A DNA stretch of 64,000 nt from the human T2T-CHM13v2.0 reference genome, Homo sapiens. Below, one piece after another: positions 50,764-63,610 of this stretch. The stretch lies in NCBI RefSeq assembly GCF_009914755.1, contig NC_060936.1. One strand, given 5' to 3'. The stretch's first letter is position 1. Each line of letters starts with the position of its first letter. The notes beneath the pieces are model-generated. The model was given only the letters and a program-made list of their open reading frames with translations, was not told the DNA's origin and did no database searches. Position numbers and translations under genes: made by a program.

Positions 50764-51750
50764 CTTCTGCACAGTAAAAGAAACTACCATCAGAGTGAAC
50801 AGGCAACCTACAGAATGGGAGAAAATATTTACAATCTACCCATCTGACAAAGGGCTAATATACAGAATCTACAAAGAACTTAAACAAATTTACAAGAAAA
50901 AACTCAAACAACCCCATCAAAAAGTGGGCAAAGTATATGAATAGACAATTCTCAAAAGAAGACATTTATGCAGCCAACAGACACATGAAAAAATGCTCAT
51001 CATCACTGGCCATCAGAGAAATGCAAATCAAAACCACAGTGAGATACCACCTTATACCAGTTAGAATGGCAATCATTAAAAAGTCAGGAAACAACAGGTG
51101 CTGGAGAGGATGTGGAGAAATAGGAACACTTTCACACTGTTGGTGGGACTGTAAACTAGTTCAACCATTGTGGAAGACAGTGTGGCAATTCCTCAAAGAT
51201 CTAGAACTAGAAATATCATTTGACCCAGCCATCCCATTACTGGGCATATACCCAAAGGATTATAAATCATGCTGCTCTAAAGACACATGCACACGTATGT
51301 TCATTGTGGCACTATTCACAATAGCAAAGACTTGGAACCAATCCAAATGTCCGTCAATGATAGACTGGATTAAGAAAATTTGGCACATATACACCATGGA
51401 ATACTATGCAGCCATAAAAAAGGATGAGTTCATGTCCTTTGTAGGGACATGGATGAAGCTAGAAATCATTCTGAGCAAACTATCACAAAGACAGAAAACC
51501 AAACACCGCATGTTCTCACTCGTAGGTGGGAACTGAACAATGAGAACACTTGGACACAGGGTGGGGAACATCACACACCAGGGCCTGTCGTGGGGTGGGG
51601 GGAGGGGGGAGGGATAGCATTAGGAGATATACCTAATGTAAATGATGAGTTAACAGGTGCAGCACACCAACATGGCACATGTATACATATGTAACAAACC
51701 TGCACATTGTGCACATGTACCCTAGAACTTACAGTATAATAAAAAAAAAA
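50764..51750 (+). mobile_element. L1PA4-6-like 5'-truncated LINE-1 (ORF2 C-terminus, 3' UTR, polyA)
   Basis: ORF 50937-51536 is the ORF2 cysteine-rich C-terminus ([24 protein letters not shown]); TSD aaagaataag(g/t)tagtgctg at 50745-50763 and 51748-51766. Confidence 0.96.
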
Positions 51751-52281
51751 GAATAAGTTAGTGCTGATCTGAAAAGAATTAGAAGAAACACCCAAAATCA
51801 AAATGCATTGTTGATTTTTTTTAAAAGCAAGTTATAAAAACAATAGGTAGGATGTAAATCCATTGCATAAATCCAATCCACGTGTTTGTGTGTGCACAGG
51901 AAAATGACAGAAGGATCCACTCTGAATGGTTAATAGTGACGCACCCTTGGGAAGGGAAATTAGGGATGGATGGAAGTGTTTTGACTTTATAATTTTTCTC
52001 CTCTTAGGAGTTATTTGGGTTATTTGGGTTTTTACCAGAACTATGACCATGACCTCAGCCATTTTTAAATTTGCTAAGGTCAAAAAGCTCCTGGAATGAA
52101 GACCCCAGTGGCTTACCTGATTCACGCTTAGGATTCATACGAAAGCCTAAAGGACTGAGCAGGACTATTCCTGACAGCAAGGAGGGCGTGGTCTGGTAGG
52201 AACAAGGACAGGGGGCCCTGAAGGGAAGGAGGAAGGAGATGAGCGGAGGAGGAGAAAAAGCACGGCACTTGAGTATTTGGG

Positions 52282-52306
52282 GTGTGTGTGTGTGTGTGTG
52301 TGTGTG
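52282..52306. repeat. (TG)n microsatellite
   Basis: Directly visible. Confidence 0.9.
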
Positions 52307-52850
52307 ACCATTTCCTTTAAAAATCAATGAGAATGTTTAGAATGGTGAACAGTGGAAATGGGGACTTTCTGTGCATCATCCCATTTGATTCTCATTATAA
52401 TCCATGGGGTGGGCATGCTTAGCCCATTTTACAGATGAGAAGACCAATGACCACAGAGGCCAAAGAATCTGCACAACAGCATCCAGCCAGTGGGTAGAAG
52501 ACACAGGATTCAACCTGGGGTCAAAGTAAACAGTCTCTTCACTCTATTTGCAGCTTGTCTCCCAAGGAGAAGGGAGAAGAACTTACATTCTAAAAAGGTA
52601 GTGAATAATTAAATAGAACGTAAGAAGTGATAAGTGTAGAAGTGGGTAAAAGGATCAGAGCTGTGACATTTAAATGGGCTAGTTGATGGAGTTCACTGAG
52701 AAGGTAGCAGTGGCACAAGACTGGAAGGAAGGGAGGGAATTGGATGAATGGTCGTCTAGGGGAAGGGTACACCAGATGGAGGCAACGGCCAGTGCAAAGG
52801 CCAGGAGGCAGGAGTGATCTGACATTTGTAAGGAATAAGAAGGATACAGT

Positions 52851-53407
52851 ATGGCAATTCCTCAGGGATCTAGAACTAGAAATACCATTTGACCCAGCCA
52901 TCCCATTATTGGGTATATACCCAAAGGAATATAAATCATGCTGCTATAAAGACACATGCACACATATGTTTATTGTGGCACTACTCACAAGGGCAAAGAC
53001 TTGGAACCAACCCAAATGTCCAACAATAATAGACTGGATTAAGAAAATGTGGCACATATACACCATGGAATACTATGCAGCCATAAAAAAGGATGAGTTC
53101 ATGTCCTTTGTAGGGACATGGATGAAGCTGGAAACCATCATTCTCAGCAAACTATCGCAAGGACAAAAAACTAAACACTGCATGTTCTCACTCACAGGTG
53201 GGAATTGAACAATGAGAACACTTGGACACAGGAAGGGGAACATCACACACCGGGGTCCTGTTGTGGGGTGGGGGAAGGGGGGAGGGATAGCATTAGGAGA
53301 TATACCTAATGTAAATGACGAGTTAATGGGTGCAGCACACCAACATGGCACATGTATACATATGTAACAAACCTGCACGTTGTGCACATGTACCCTAGAA
53401 CTTAAAG

Positions 53408-53447
<40 letters not shown>
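52851..53447 (+). mobile_element. L1PA4-6-like short 3' end with (TA)n tail, inserted in L2
   Basis: TSD aagaagga(t/g)acagt at 52837-52850 and 53448-53461. Confidence 0.96.
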
Positions 53448-53451
<4 letters not shown>

Positions 53452-53718
53452 AGGAGACAGTGAGGCTGGAGCATCATGAGGGAGAGGGAGAGGGAGTGGA
53501 GCGGGAATCAGAGTGACCAAGAACAACAGCTGGGTTGCTACAACTGGCTCTTGTGAGCCACTGTGATTGGGTTACTGTTCATTATAAAGGACCATTGCTG
53601 AGCTTTAGAAAAGTGTTAAAGATGTAGTCACACCAACTGAGCCTTTCTCCATTAGCAACCAGAGAAAAAGTAAATACTATTCTCACACCCCTCACTGTCG
53701 TTTGATTTCTCGTTGCCG

Positions 53719-54385
53719 TGTGTGATGATCAGTTGTATGCCTCACCTTGGCTAGGCTATAGACCACATTAATCAATCAAACACTTATTTAGAGCGTGTTG
53801 TAAAGGTAGTTGTTTTGTTTTTCACCTTTCTCTATCTTTATTCACATACAAAATAAAAAGGCTCTGGAGGTAATTTCTTTCTTCATTTATTAGTAAACTC
53901 TTTCTTATTTGTTTGTTGCTCTGAATTAAATCCTAGTGGAGCCTTGGGTAAGCCTTTGCTTTGAGAAATGACTCTCTCTCTCATTCCAAGTAGTTTGAGG
54001 AGTCTGTTAGTCTAGACACTCTCCCCTTCCTTGGTTACAGGGTGGCAGTTGTCTCAAACTAGGCTGGTCACTCTGAAGGTATTTTGTAGACGTCACTGAT
54101 GTTTATAATCAGTTGACATTAAGTAAAGGAGATTACCCTACATAATCTGGGTGGGATTCAAAGGCCTTAAGAGGAGAACTGAAGTTTCCAGGAAGAAGAA
54201 ATTCCACCCGTAGACTGCAGATCCAGGTCCTCCTCGAGAGTTACAGCGTGCCCTCCTGATGGCTGCATGATGGATTTCAGATTTGCCCAGCCAGCCCCAC
54301 ACTCAGGTAAGCCTTACAATAAATACATCTCTTCATATACACCCCCACTGGTTCTGTTCCTCTGGTTGAAACCTGACTGATATTC
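53719..54385 (+). mobile_element. MLT2D-like LTR with an insert of about 265 bp
   Basis: cttggctaggctatag..atcaatcaaacac ... gaaggtattttgtaga..ataatcagttgac..aagtaaaggagattaccct..ataatctgggtggg. Confidence 0.8.
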
Positions 54386-54489
54386 CATGTAACCTAACAT
54401 TTTCTTCTGTATCCTCCACTCCACCAGCTGTGGGATTATTTTGCCCTGTGTGAAATGCTGAGAGGGGTGGGTGGCCATCCTAAAGTTAT

Positions 54490-54710
54490 ATGTGACTGCC
54501 TTTGAGTGGGCACTCTGTGCTGGACCCTGTGCCAAGGACTATCTCACGCAGTCCTGACAATCACCCTGTGTGGTAGATGCTATGATTAGTCCCACTTGAC
54601 AATAAAGAAGCTGAGCCTCAGAGAGGTTAAGCAACTTTCCCAAGGACACAGACATGTATGATGACTCCATTATGCCTGACTCCAACACATGGGCTCCTAA
54701 CCACCATTCC
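54490..54710 (-). mobile_element. MIR
   Basis: gaagctgagcctcagagaggttaagcaactttcccaaggacaca. Confidence 0.7.
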
Positions 54711-55635
54711 ATCAGCAATATCTCCCTGAGACAGAACAAGAAGGACAACGAAAGGGGGCTTGACTGTCCCTCCAACCAAGTGGCCTGGGGAAAAGTTGAG
54801 AACAAGGCAGTTGACCAGGACTTGTATTTCAAGGCAGGGACAATAGCCACCTTCATCAGCTAGTTTTGTCTCCTGCCTGTCCTATCCTTGTGTCTCCAAA
54901 GAGGACCAGCTGGTGTCCACGTGTCCAGACTCCTGAAACTGACCCCTCTCCCTACACAGTCAGCAGCAAAACAACTGAATTGGCAACGCACCAGCCTCCA
55001 GATGGATTAATCAAGGGCCAGGAGTCCTTGTATGGGAGAGAGAATGCTGGATGAGGACTCAGGACACCTGGCTTCTAGCCTGATTCCACCACGAGAGACC
55101 CACATGACCTTGGGCACATGACTGAACCTCTCGGAGGCCAAGACTTAAGGAAAGCAAGAATTAAGCACTTACACACTAAGTCCTAAGCTTCTCCCACCTC
55201 TATTTCATAGAACGGGGCTGGGAGGTCACATGGCTTGCTCTCATTACACAGCCAGTTAATTGGCAAAGCTGAAATGAAAAACCTAAATCCACCTGACTTC
55301 AGAGCCCAAGGTTCCAGGAGGGCCCCTCTGCAATTCCATGGGCCCCAGAGGAGTTTCCAAGCAGCGGGAATTCTGGGCATATGGGAGCTAACCTGGTTCA
55401 TTGCCCTCTGAGTGGAGAATTTATCGATCTCATTGCAGCTACAGAACGGCCCACAGTTGGAGCATTCCTAAACAAGAAAACACAGTAGCCTCTGATTGAT
55501 GAGATGCATGGAACCATGCCAGGCAAGCCAATCAACTGGCTGAAATTTGCATATTAATGAAACCTCATAAATAATGCAGAGATGACAAACAGAGTTGAGG
55601 CTTGCCACCAGGCAGCAAGCACCAGCCCTCTAAAC

Positions 55636-55826
55636 AGAGGGTCTCAAACCTGAGTGAGCATCAGAGTCTCCTGCAGGGATTGTTATAACACAGATGGCTG
55701 GGCTCCACCCCCAGGGTGTCCATTTAGGAGATCTGGGGTGATGTCCAAGAAGTAGCCTTTCCAACCAGTTCCCAGGTGGTATTAACGCTGATGCCAGCCC
55801 AGGGACCACATTTTAAGAACTGCTGT
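55636..55826. mobile_element. MER5A
   Basis: cagaggggtctcaaacctgagtgagcatcagagtc ... agggaccacattttaagaactgctg. Confidence 0.8.
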
Positions 55827-56159
55827 TCTAACTCACTGCTGCCCGCTCCTTCCCTCCCTCCCCACGGGGAAGGGCATTGACCACCATGGGTGCCAGGTAG
55901 AATCCTGGGTTTGCTGCCCACCAGCTGAGTGACTCCCAGCAAGTTCCCTAAGCTATTTGATCCTTAGTCTTTTTGTCATAAAATGGGGCAACAGCACCTA
56001 TCTCAAGGGGTTACTTGAGGATCAAATGAGAGGATGCTCCAAAAGCTCTGGCCTGGTGCCTGGAGTGTAATAAGAATCCAGGAAAATGACCATTTTTACA
56101 AAGGAAATGTCCAGCCACTATGGAGAATCTAAGTCCTTTTTAATGAGCATAGTATTGTT

Positions 56160-56290
56160 TTAAGATTTTTTCTGAGATAATTTCAGACTTAACAATTGCA
56201 AAAATAGTACATAGAACATAAGACCCAGATTCCCCAAATGTTAATATTTTCCCACATTAGCTTAATCATGCTGTCTCTCTCTAAACATAT
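56160..56290 (-). mobile_element. L1MC4-like 3' fragment
   Basis: gagataatttcagactt..ttgcaaaaatagtacatagaac..cccagattccccaaatgttaatattt. Confidence 0.65.
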
Positions 56291-56374
56291 TTAAAGAGCT
56301 TTATTTATGTATTCATATACTGTATTTAGAAATACATAACCACATGCATGTATATATAACTATATGCATAGGTA

Positions 56375-56740
56375 GAATATTCATTTCCTGTTGCTGCTGT
56401 AAACACATTACCGCAAATTTAGTGGCTTAAAACAACGTAAATGTATTGCTGACACCTGCATGTCAGCACAGTAAAACTGATTTTGGACTTCTGGCTTCCA
56501 AAACTGCAAGAGAATAAATGTGTGGGGGTTTTTTTGCTTTTGTTTTTGTTTTCATTTTTCTTTTGTAGAGACAAGGTCTTGCTGTGTTGACCAGGCTGGT
56601 TTCAAACTCCTGGCCTCAAGCCAGCCTCCCTCCTTAGCCTCCCAAAGTACTGGGATTGTAGGCATGAGCCACTGCACCCAGCCAAATGTGTGTTGTTTCA
56701 AGCAAATCTGTGATAATTTGTTATAGCAGCCATGTTACAC
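56375..56740. mobile_element. two oppositely oriented MLT1 LTR 3' ends
   Basis: Minus-strand copy at 56379-56447 and plus-strand copy at 56448-56740. Confidence 0.7.
56528..56683 (-). mobile_element. FLAM/AluJ monomer
   Basis: TSD aaatgtgtg at 56516-56524 and 56684-56692. Confidence 0.88.
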
Positions 56741-56849
56741 TAATGGAGTAATTGATAAGTATTTGGTTTTGAAATATTTTGATTCTATCCTCTCTTGTTC
56801 CTCATTGAAATTTCACCCTATTTACTATTATATTGATTGTTGTTATTAG

Positions 56850-57095
56850 TGTTATTCTTGCTAACATATATTGAGCAATTCCTATGTTCCAGGAGCTAAG
56901 TACTAAATGCACATTATCTAATTTCATGATCACCATAATCTTATGGGAATGATACTTTCTGTATCCATTTCATAGATTAAGAAACTGATGCTTAGCGAGG
57001 GGGAATCCTGCCCAATGTCACACTGCTCGTAAAGGGTGCCACTGGGATTTGAACCTAGGTAGTCTGGCTGCAAAATGCACCCTCTGAACCCCTTC
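56850..57095 (-). mobile_element. MIR
   Basis: aacatatattgagcaattcctatgttccagg ... ctgggatttgaacctaggtagtctggct. Confidence 0.8.
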
Positions 57096-57765
57096 ACATA
57101 CTCTCTCTCATCCTCAGGAGTGATCTTATCCCCTCACTACAGAGATGAGGAAACTGTCCCCTGGGAGGAGGAGTGACACTCTTCAGTCTTCCCAGCCATG
57201 TCTCCCGCCTCCATCCCCAGCCACCTCTCCACCACACCTGAATAAGCTCAGTTATATTGTCCTCCCCTGGTACCTGGCATCCAAGTGGGAAAACCCAGGT
57301 CTCTCTCCTTGCAAACCAAGTAATCATCCATGTCATTTCACTGGAGAGAAGTGGAATTTGTCACAAAATACAATGATAACAAGTTGCCAAGGACCTGAAG
57401 TTCCTGCAGACTAAATCTCAGGGTCAAGCAAAGCAAGGCACGTGGGAGTCTGGGGGCACTGCCTGGGGATGCTCTCATTTCTCTGCAGTTCTTGTGCGTG
57501 GGCTGTCTTCTCACAGTGTTGTCAGCTCAGCCAGGGCAGCAACAGCTTCCATGCATCTAACACAGCCCTGAGGACGTAGTAAATACTCACTGAGGTCAGT
57601 GCCATGATGCTGGTATTTACTGAGCCAGTGCTGTCTTGGGTGCTGGAGGTACAACTGTGACTAGCACAGACATTGCCACTGTCCCCCTGAAGCCCCTGGG
57701 CTAAAGGGGACATTCATCTATTGACAACCTCACCTTGATCACTCCATTTAGACAGTGCTTACGCC

Positions 57766-58310
57766 TGTGATTGGCATGTTGGAGGGTGGAGTATGTCACT
57801 GTTTCATGAGATTTAAAGGTCCTTTTATGGTGGAACACAACACAACACTGACAGATGAAAGGCAGTACTCCATGTTACTTACATCTGCAAACAAGAGAAA
57901 AGGTTGCCATGCAGGGCCATGCATGGGCTGCTCAGACTAACCAGAGTAACAGAGTGACAACCAGCTGGGGTTGGAAGGGGTAGCCTATATATGACAAGAG
58001 GGATCAGGGGTGCAGCTAATCTGTGAATCAGCTAATTTGAAGAATTTGCAGCTCAGGAGGGTAGGAGCTGTTTCTAGTTGTCTGGTATGTGGCCCTGACG
58101 TAGGCATGCACATAGTGTACCTCGCACATAGTGTGAGAGCTTGATAGGAGAAGTAGCTGGGGTGTAAACTTCATCTACTGCTTAAGAAGAAAGACTGACC
58201 GGCCTACAGCCAGGGCCTCAAAACTAGGTCAAGACAGCATTTAAAAAAAAAAAAAAAAAAAAAAAACAAAAACAATAAAAACAAAAACAACAACAAAAAA
58301 AGCCTGCATT
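57766..58310. mobile_element. probable ERV LTR (family not identified) with an A-rich tract at 58243-58300
   Basis: LTR-like composition only. Confidence 0.3.
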
Positions 58311-58749
58311 ATAGTCATGTCCTCTCTGAGCCTCATCTGTAAAATGGGACAATAACATCTACCAAACAGGATTGAGTGAGGGTTACACAAAGGCAAGCAA
58401 AGTGACTGCACACAGTAAGTTCATGAGGGGAGTCATCCCTTATGCCAGCACTTAGGCAAAAAAATAAAATAAAACAAAATAAAAAAATCATAGCTCAAAA
58501 GTAGCTCTTGGAAATGCCAGAGAAAGGTGCATATCTATTCCCACCAAACCACACAGCCAGCTTTCCACCAGTGTTGAAGCAGGCTGATATTTACCTCAGG
58601 GAGCAGCAGAGGTAGGGATTGACTTGCATTCATGTTACATTCTGGAAGAAAGGTGAGATGCTCAGCATGAGAAGAACATAGAGCCTGAAGGAACAGCCAT
58701 GTTTGATGTCTATCTCTTGCTCCACGGAGTATTTACCCTGTGGGTGGAT

Positions 58750-58895
58750 CTCTCTGTCTCTCCTCTCCTGTCTTTTCCTCTCCTCTCCCTTTCCCTCCCC
58801 TCCTCCCCTCCCCTCCCCTCTCTCCCTTTCTCTCTCTCTCTGTCTCCACCACCCCCTGGCCTTTTTTCCTTCTTCTGTTCTTCCTCTGTCGTCTC
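58750..58895. repeat. polypyrimidine (CT-rich) tract
   Basis: Directly visible. Confidence 0.85.
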
Positions 58896-58965
58896 CCTAA
58901 TCCACAACATAATGGACATTTGTCATCCAGACATCTAAGCATCATTCCAGTTTGAAGAAATATCA

Positions 58966-59280
<315 letters not shown>

Positions 59281-60143
59281 TTAAAGACGGTTCCCCTCCA
59301 CCCTGCATACACCCAGAGCATGGTCCATCATTTGGCCCTACCCTGGCTTTGAATCTTGGGAGAGTGGCACAACTATTCCAAGAGATATTATTCTTGCTTT
59401 AAGATCATGTCCCTCAGTAACCTCGGGGCAAGTGTTCATCCACTCTTTGTGTGTCCCACAAATCCCTCCCCTCCACCCCAGTGCTATCCGTGGTGCTGGA
59501 TCTGGCATCCGATGTGTCCTGGAGCTCTCTAGGGTGAGGATCAATTTCAGCTTTCTCCAGCTGCTCCTGACTCTTTCCCCAGCTGCCAAAATACCATCCA
59601 GGTGCCTGTTTCCTACCCCCTGAGATGTCATTTGCTCTAAAAAAAATCCCTGGAAGTGTATTTGTCTGCCAACATCCACAATCAGTTCTGACCCTTACCC
59701 AAACAACCACATCTTTTTTCAAGCTCTAGTTCATTCAGTTTACAAAGAGTGGGACAAGGACTGAGATTAAACAACTGGTTCTACCCATTAATAGCTGTTG
59801 TGCCCTGGAATAAGGCATTTATCTTCTCTTGGCCTGGGGTTGGAGCAGATATTCTCTAAACTTGTTCCCAGCCAGCCTCACATCCATCTTCTCCATAGAT
59901 GCTACTGAAATATCAATCCAGATGACCTGTAAATAGAGTTCTGTTGAGCACAGAAACTTAGAATCAGGTTGGAGAAAGGAGATAACATGTCTTCTGACAT
60001 ATATTTTATACCTTTTAAACATTCCTTTGACTGATGGATTGGCCTACTACATAGGATACTGAAAACAATAAACTCTCTTTAGAGTTGACAATTAGGATGC
60101 AGAAATCAAAGGAAGGGGATGATCATTTAGAATACAAAAGTCT

Positions 60144-60497
<354 letters not shown>

Positions 60498-61089
60498 TCA
60501 AGTTCAATTAATACCTAATATTTAATTTATATGGTGAGAAAGTCACTTGCATCAACTAATAAACAAAGTAGATCTCCAACTCAAGGGTTTCAAACAGTTT
60601 CAATCCTAAGGCTTTCAGGATTGATAACATCTCATGCCAGATTTTGTGACTCAGAAAGGTTAAATCCCAACGATCAAGGACCATGGCAAAGATTGATAGG
60701 AGAATGAGGTCAGTCCAGTTCCAACTTAACTGATAATCTCTTTCTCAATGCATGATCAAAGGCAGCAACTCATAGCCTTCTCATTGCCTATTTGATCGCT
60801 TGATTACCACCACATTTCCAAGTAGGATGAGCCTCATCTGTTTCCAAGGAGGGGAGAGACTAAAATATTGTGATTAAGCTCCAGACTCCTGATAGGTTAG
60901 AATCCCCATCTCCCCTTGTTCTGTGGCATTGACCATTTTAAGAGCCCTTCTTAAGCTTCAATTTCCTCACCTGTAAAATGAGCATAAGAGATGTGCCTTC
61001 CTCTTCGGGTGGTTTAGTGCAGTGTTTCTCAACTGCACATGAATCACTTTGGGCTCTTGTTAAAATGATTCTGATTCAGTAATTTGGGG

Positions 61090-62370
61090 CTCTATTTCTG
61101 ATATGGCAGAGTAAGACCTAACAGACTAATAATCCCACACATAACAACCATAAACTCTTGACAAAATACAAAAAGAAATTACCTTAAGTGTCAGGGGAGT
61201 GGAGGAAAAAAAAAACAGGTAGATTTTGGAAAGGAGTCAAATTTTGGAGGAAAGGACCAGCACAGGATGAGTTTCTCATTTTTGTACTCTGATCTGAGGG
61301 CAGGCTACAGCTGTGGCATAGTACAGAGAAGATAAAACTCTCATAGAAAGCTTTCCAAATTTCTGGCCTGCAAAACTGAGAAAGGAGCCCAAGGTAACCA
61401 TAGCCACAGTCAGGGACAATCCTAGAGGGGAGAGAGAAGAGAAAAAGAACCCCAGATTCTGGGTATATATTTAGTCTATGTTTCTAGCTCACCACTTGAC
61501 CATGCATACACAGAAGAAACTAAAAGTAAATTATAGGTAAGACTCAAAAAATTCAACTAAGATTTTTAATTGCTGCCCACATAGGTGACACAGAGTTTGC
61601 AATCAACAAGCTTAATTGACTGCTAAAACAAAAACATCAATACTCTTCAGAGCAATATAACAAAATCCATAATCACAACAAAACATTCACAACATCCAGC
61701 ATAAAATCCAAAGTCACTTAGCATGCAGAGAATCAGGAAGATGTGACCCATTGTCAAGGAAAAGACAATCAACAGAAGCCAACCCTGAGATGAACCAGAC
61801 GGTGGAATTATCAGACAAGGATTTAAGTCAACTATTGTACCTATGTCCAGTTACATAATGAAAAATGTGCTCATAGTGAATAAGAAGATGGGAAATCTTA
61901 GGAGAGAAATATAAAATATAAAAAACAAACCAAATGGAAATTTTAGAATTGGATAGTACAAAAAAAGAGTCAGCAAACTTGGAGATAGATCAGTAGAAAC
62001 TATCTATTCTGGCTGGGTATGGTGGCTTATGCCTGTATTCCCAGCACTTTGCAAGGTCAAGGGAGGAGGATCACCTAAGGCCAGGAGTTCAAGACCAGCC
62101 TGGACAACTTAGTGAGACTCTATCTCTGAAAAAAAAGAAAGAAAATATTAATCATTCTTGAGAAAAAAAAAAAAGATTGAGAAACAAATTAACAGAGTCT
62201 CAGAGGCTTATAGAACAATATCAAAAGGTCCAAAATGAAGGTAATTTGAGTCCTGGAAGGAAAAGAGAGGAGAGAGGGGGAGACAGAAAGAGAGAGAGAG
62301 AATGAGGCAGGACAAAAAAAAAAAGGATTTGAAGAAATAATAAAATAATATCCATAAACTTTTCAAATTG
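61090..62370 (+). mobile_element. old L1M 5' UTR/ORF1 fragment
   Basis: gatgtgacccattgtcaaggaaaagacaatcaacagaagccaaccctgagatgaaccagacggtggaattatcagacaaggattt. Confidence 0.75.
62011..62145 (+). mobile_element. FLAM/AluJ monomer
   Basis: Left arm plus A-tail. Confidence 0.88.
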
Positions 62371-62468
62371 GTGATTTAGCAGATCCAAAGAAAGGGCTGA
62401 GATTCTGCCTTTCCAACAAGCTCATAGGTAGCATGGATTGACCATACTTTGAGTGTATAGGGTCTAGA

Positions 62469-62675
62469 CCAGCACTGCCCAGTAGAACTTTCTGCCATGA
62501 GAGAATATTCTACATCTTCATTGTCCCACATGGTAGCCACTAGCCAATGTGACTATTGAAAACTGGAAATGTGGGTAATGTAATTATAATACCTAATTTT
62601 GCTTTTTGGTAATATAAACCTAAATTGAAAAACCACATGTGGCTAGAGGCTTCCATATTGAATGGTGCCATTCTA
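62469..62675. mobile_element. MER3
   Basis: cagcactgcccagtagaactttctgccatga ... ccacatgtggctagagg; flanked by tctaga-type hAT target sites. Confidence 0.85.
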
Positions 62676-63499
62676 GAGGATTTAATGAGATGGTACTTGT
62701 AAAGAACTTGCAGGATACCCAGAATAAAATAGTTCTCAATATGAACTAACCATTATCACCAACATCATCGTCATCAAGATCCACCTACTTCATTCTCTTG
62801 CTTAGGATCACCTGCTTTTCCCCCAACAGACTGGGACAAGACACTGTCCCTCATGACCTCTAGCTCCTTCCACCACCTAATTGTTGTTGACAAAGTTTTT
62901 GCAGCCTCTTCCATTGTCCCATTAGAATGGGAAGATGACTTTTGTCTCATCCCAACTCCTTTAATTTCTCTGTGAGTCAAACAATGTTAGTCCTCTCTGG
63001 ATGAGGCTGGGGTTCCTTGTACTTTAAAGAGCCCTTCCACTGAAATGGCGTGAAGTTTTTATTCTTTACTTAAGAAGTTTTTATTCTTTACTTAAAGAAA
63101 GAGTTGTGAAAGCATGACACCATGCAGGCACAGGGGAGCCCTCCTGTTCCATCTCTGCTGTGCTCTCGTCAAGTCTCATATCAGCCCATGCACTCATAAG
63201 AATCAAGCCTAGATTGGAATAGCTATTAACTTTGTGAGGAAGAGAGGCTATCACCACAGTCAAGCCGTTTCTGTACAACAGTATTAAGCAGCAGCCACTG
63301 GGAGCATCTCCAATTGGCATGTTCCTACTCTAGCTGGAAACAGTATAGAAAGAGGGAAGGATTGCAAAGTAGCTGCGTCCCACTTCCCCGAGAGTGGGAA
63401 TAGGGAATTGATGGGGGGTTACTTCCTGGTTTTAACTAAACTAAAAGTCAAGGAGTTATCTACTAAAACTTTGAAACAGGCTTCAAAGGAGTCTGTATG

Positions 63500-63610
63500 G
63501 GCTGTGTGACTTTAGGCAAGTTTCTTAGCCTCTCTGAGTCCCAATTTCTTTATACGGTAAGTGGAGGCAATAATAATACCTATAACGTAGAGCTATTTTG
63601 AGGTGTGACA
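63500..63610 (+). mobile_element. MIR
   Basis: gctgtgtgactttaggcaagtttcttagcctctctgagtc. Confidence 0.7.

Larger units (their letters stand above)
61020..62460. mobile_element. MER5A split by an L1M 5' fragment
   Basis: Left part 61020-61085 (cagtgtttctcaa..gattctgattcagta); right part 62371-62455 (gggctgagattctgcctttccaacaagctc). Confidence 0.65.

Noticed and set aside
51590-51614. G-quadruplex-like tract
   Set aside because: This is the standard G-rich segment of the L1 3' UTR (also at about 53264-53287), so it is not locus-specific.
52744-53208. Chimeric ORF with an L2-derived N-terminus fused to the L1 ORF2 C-terminus
   Set aside because: A chance in-frame junction with no promoter or splice evidence. 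It is treated as part of the L1 remnant.
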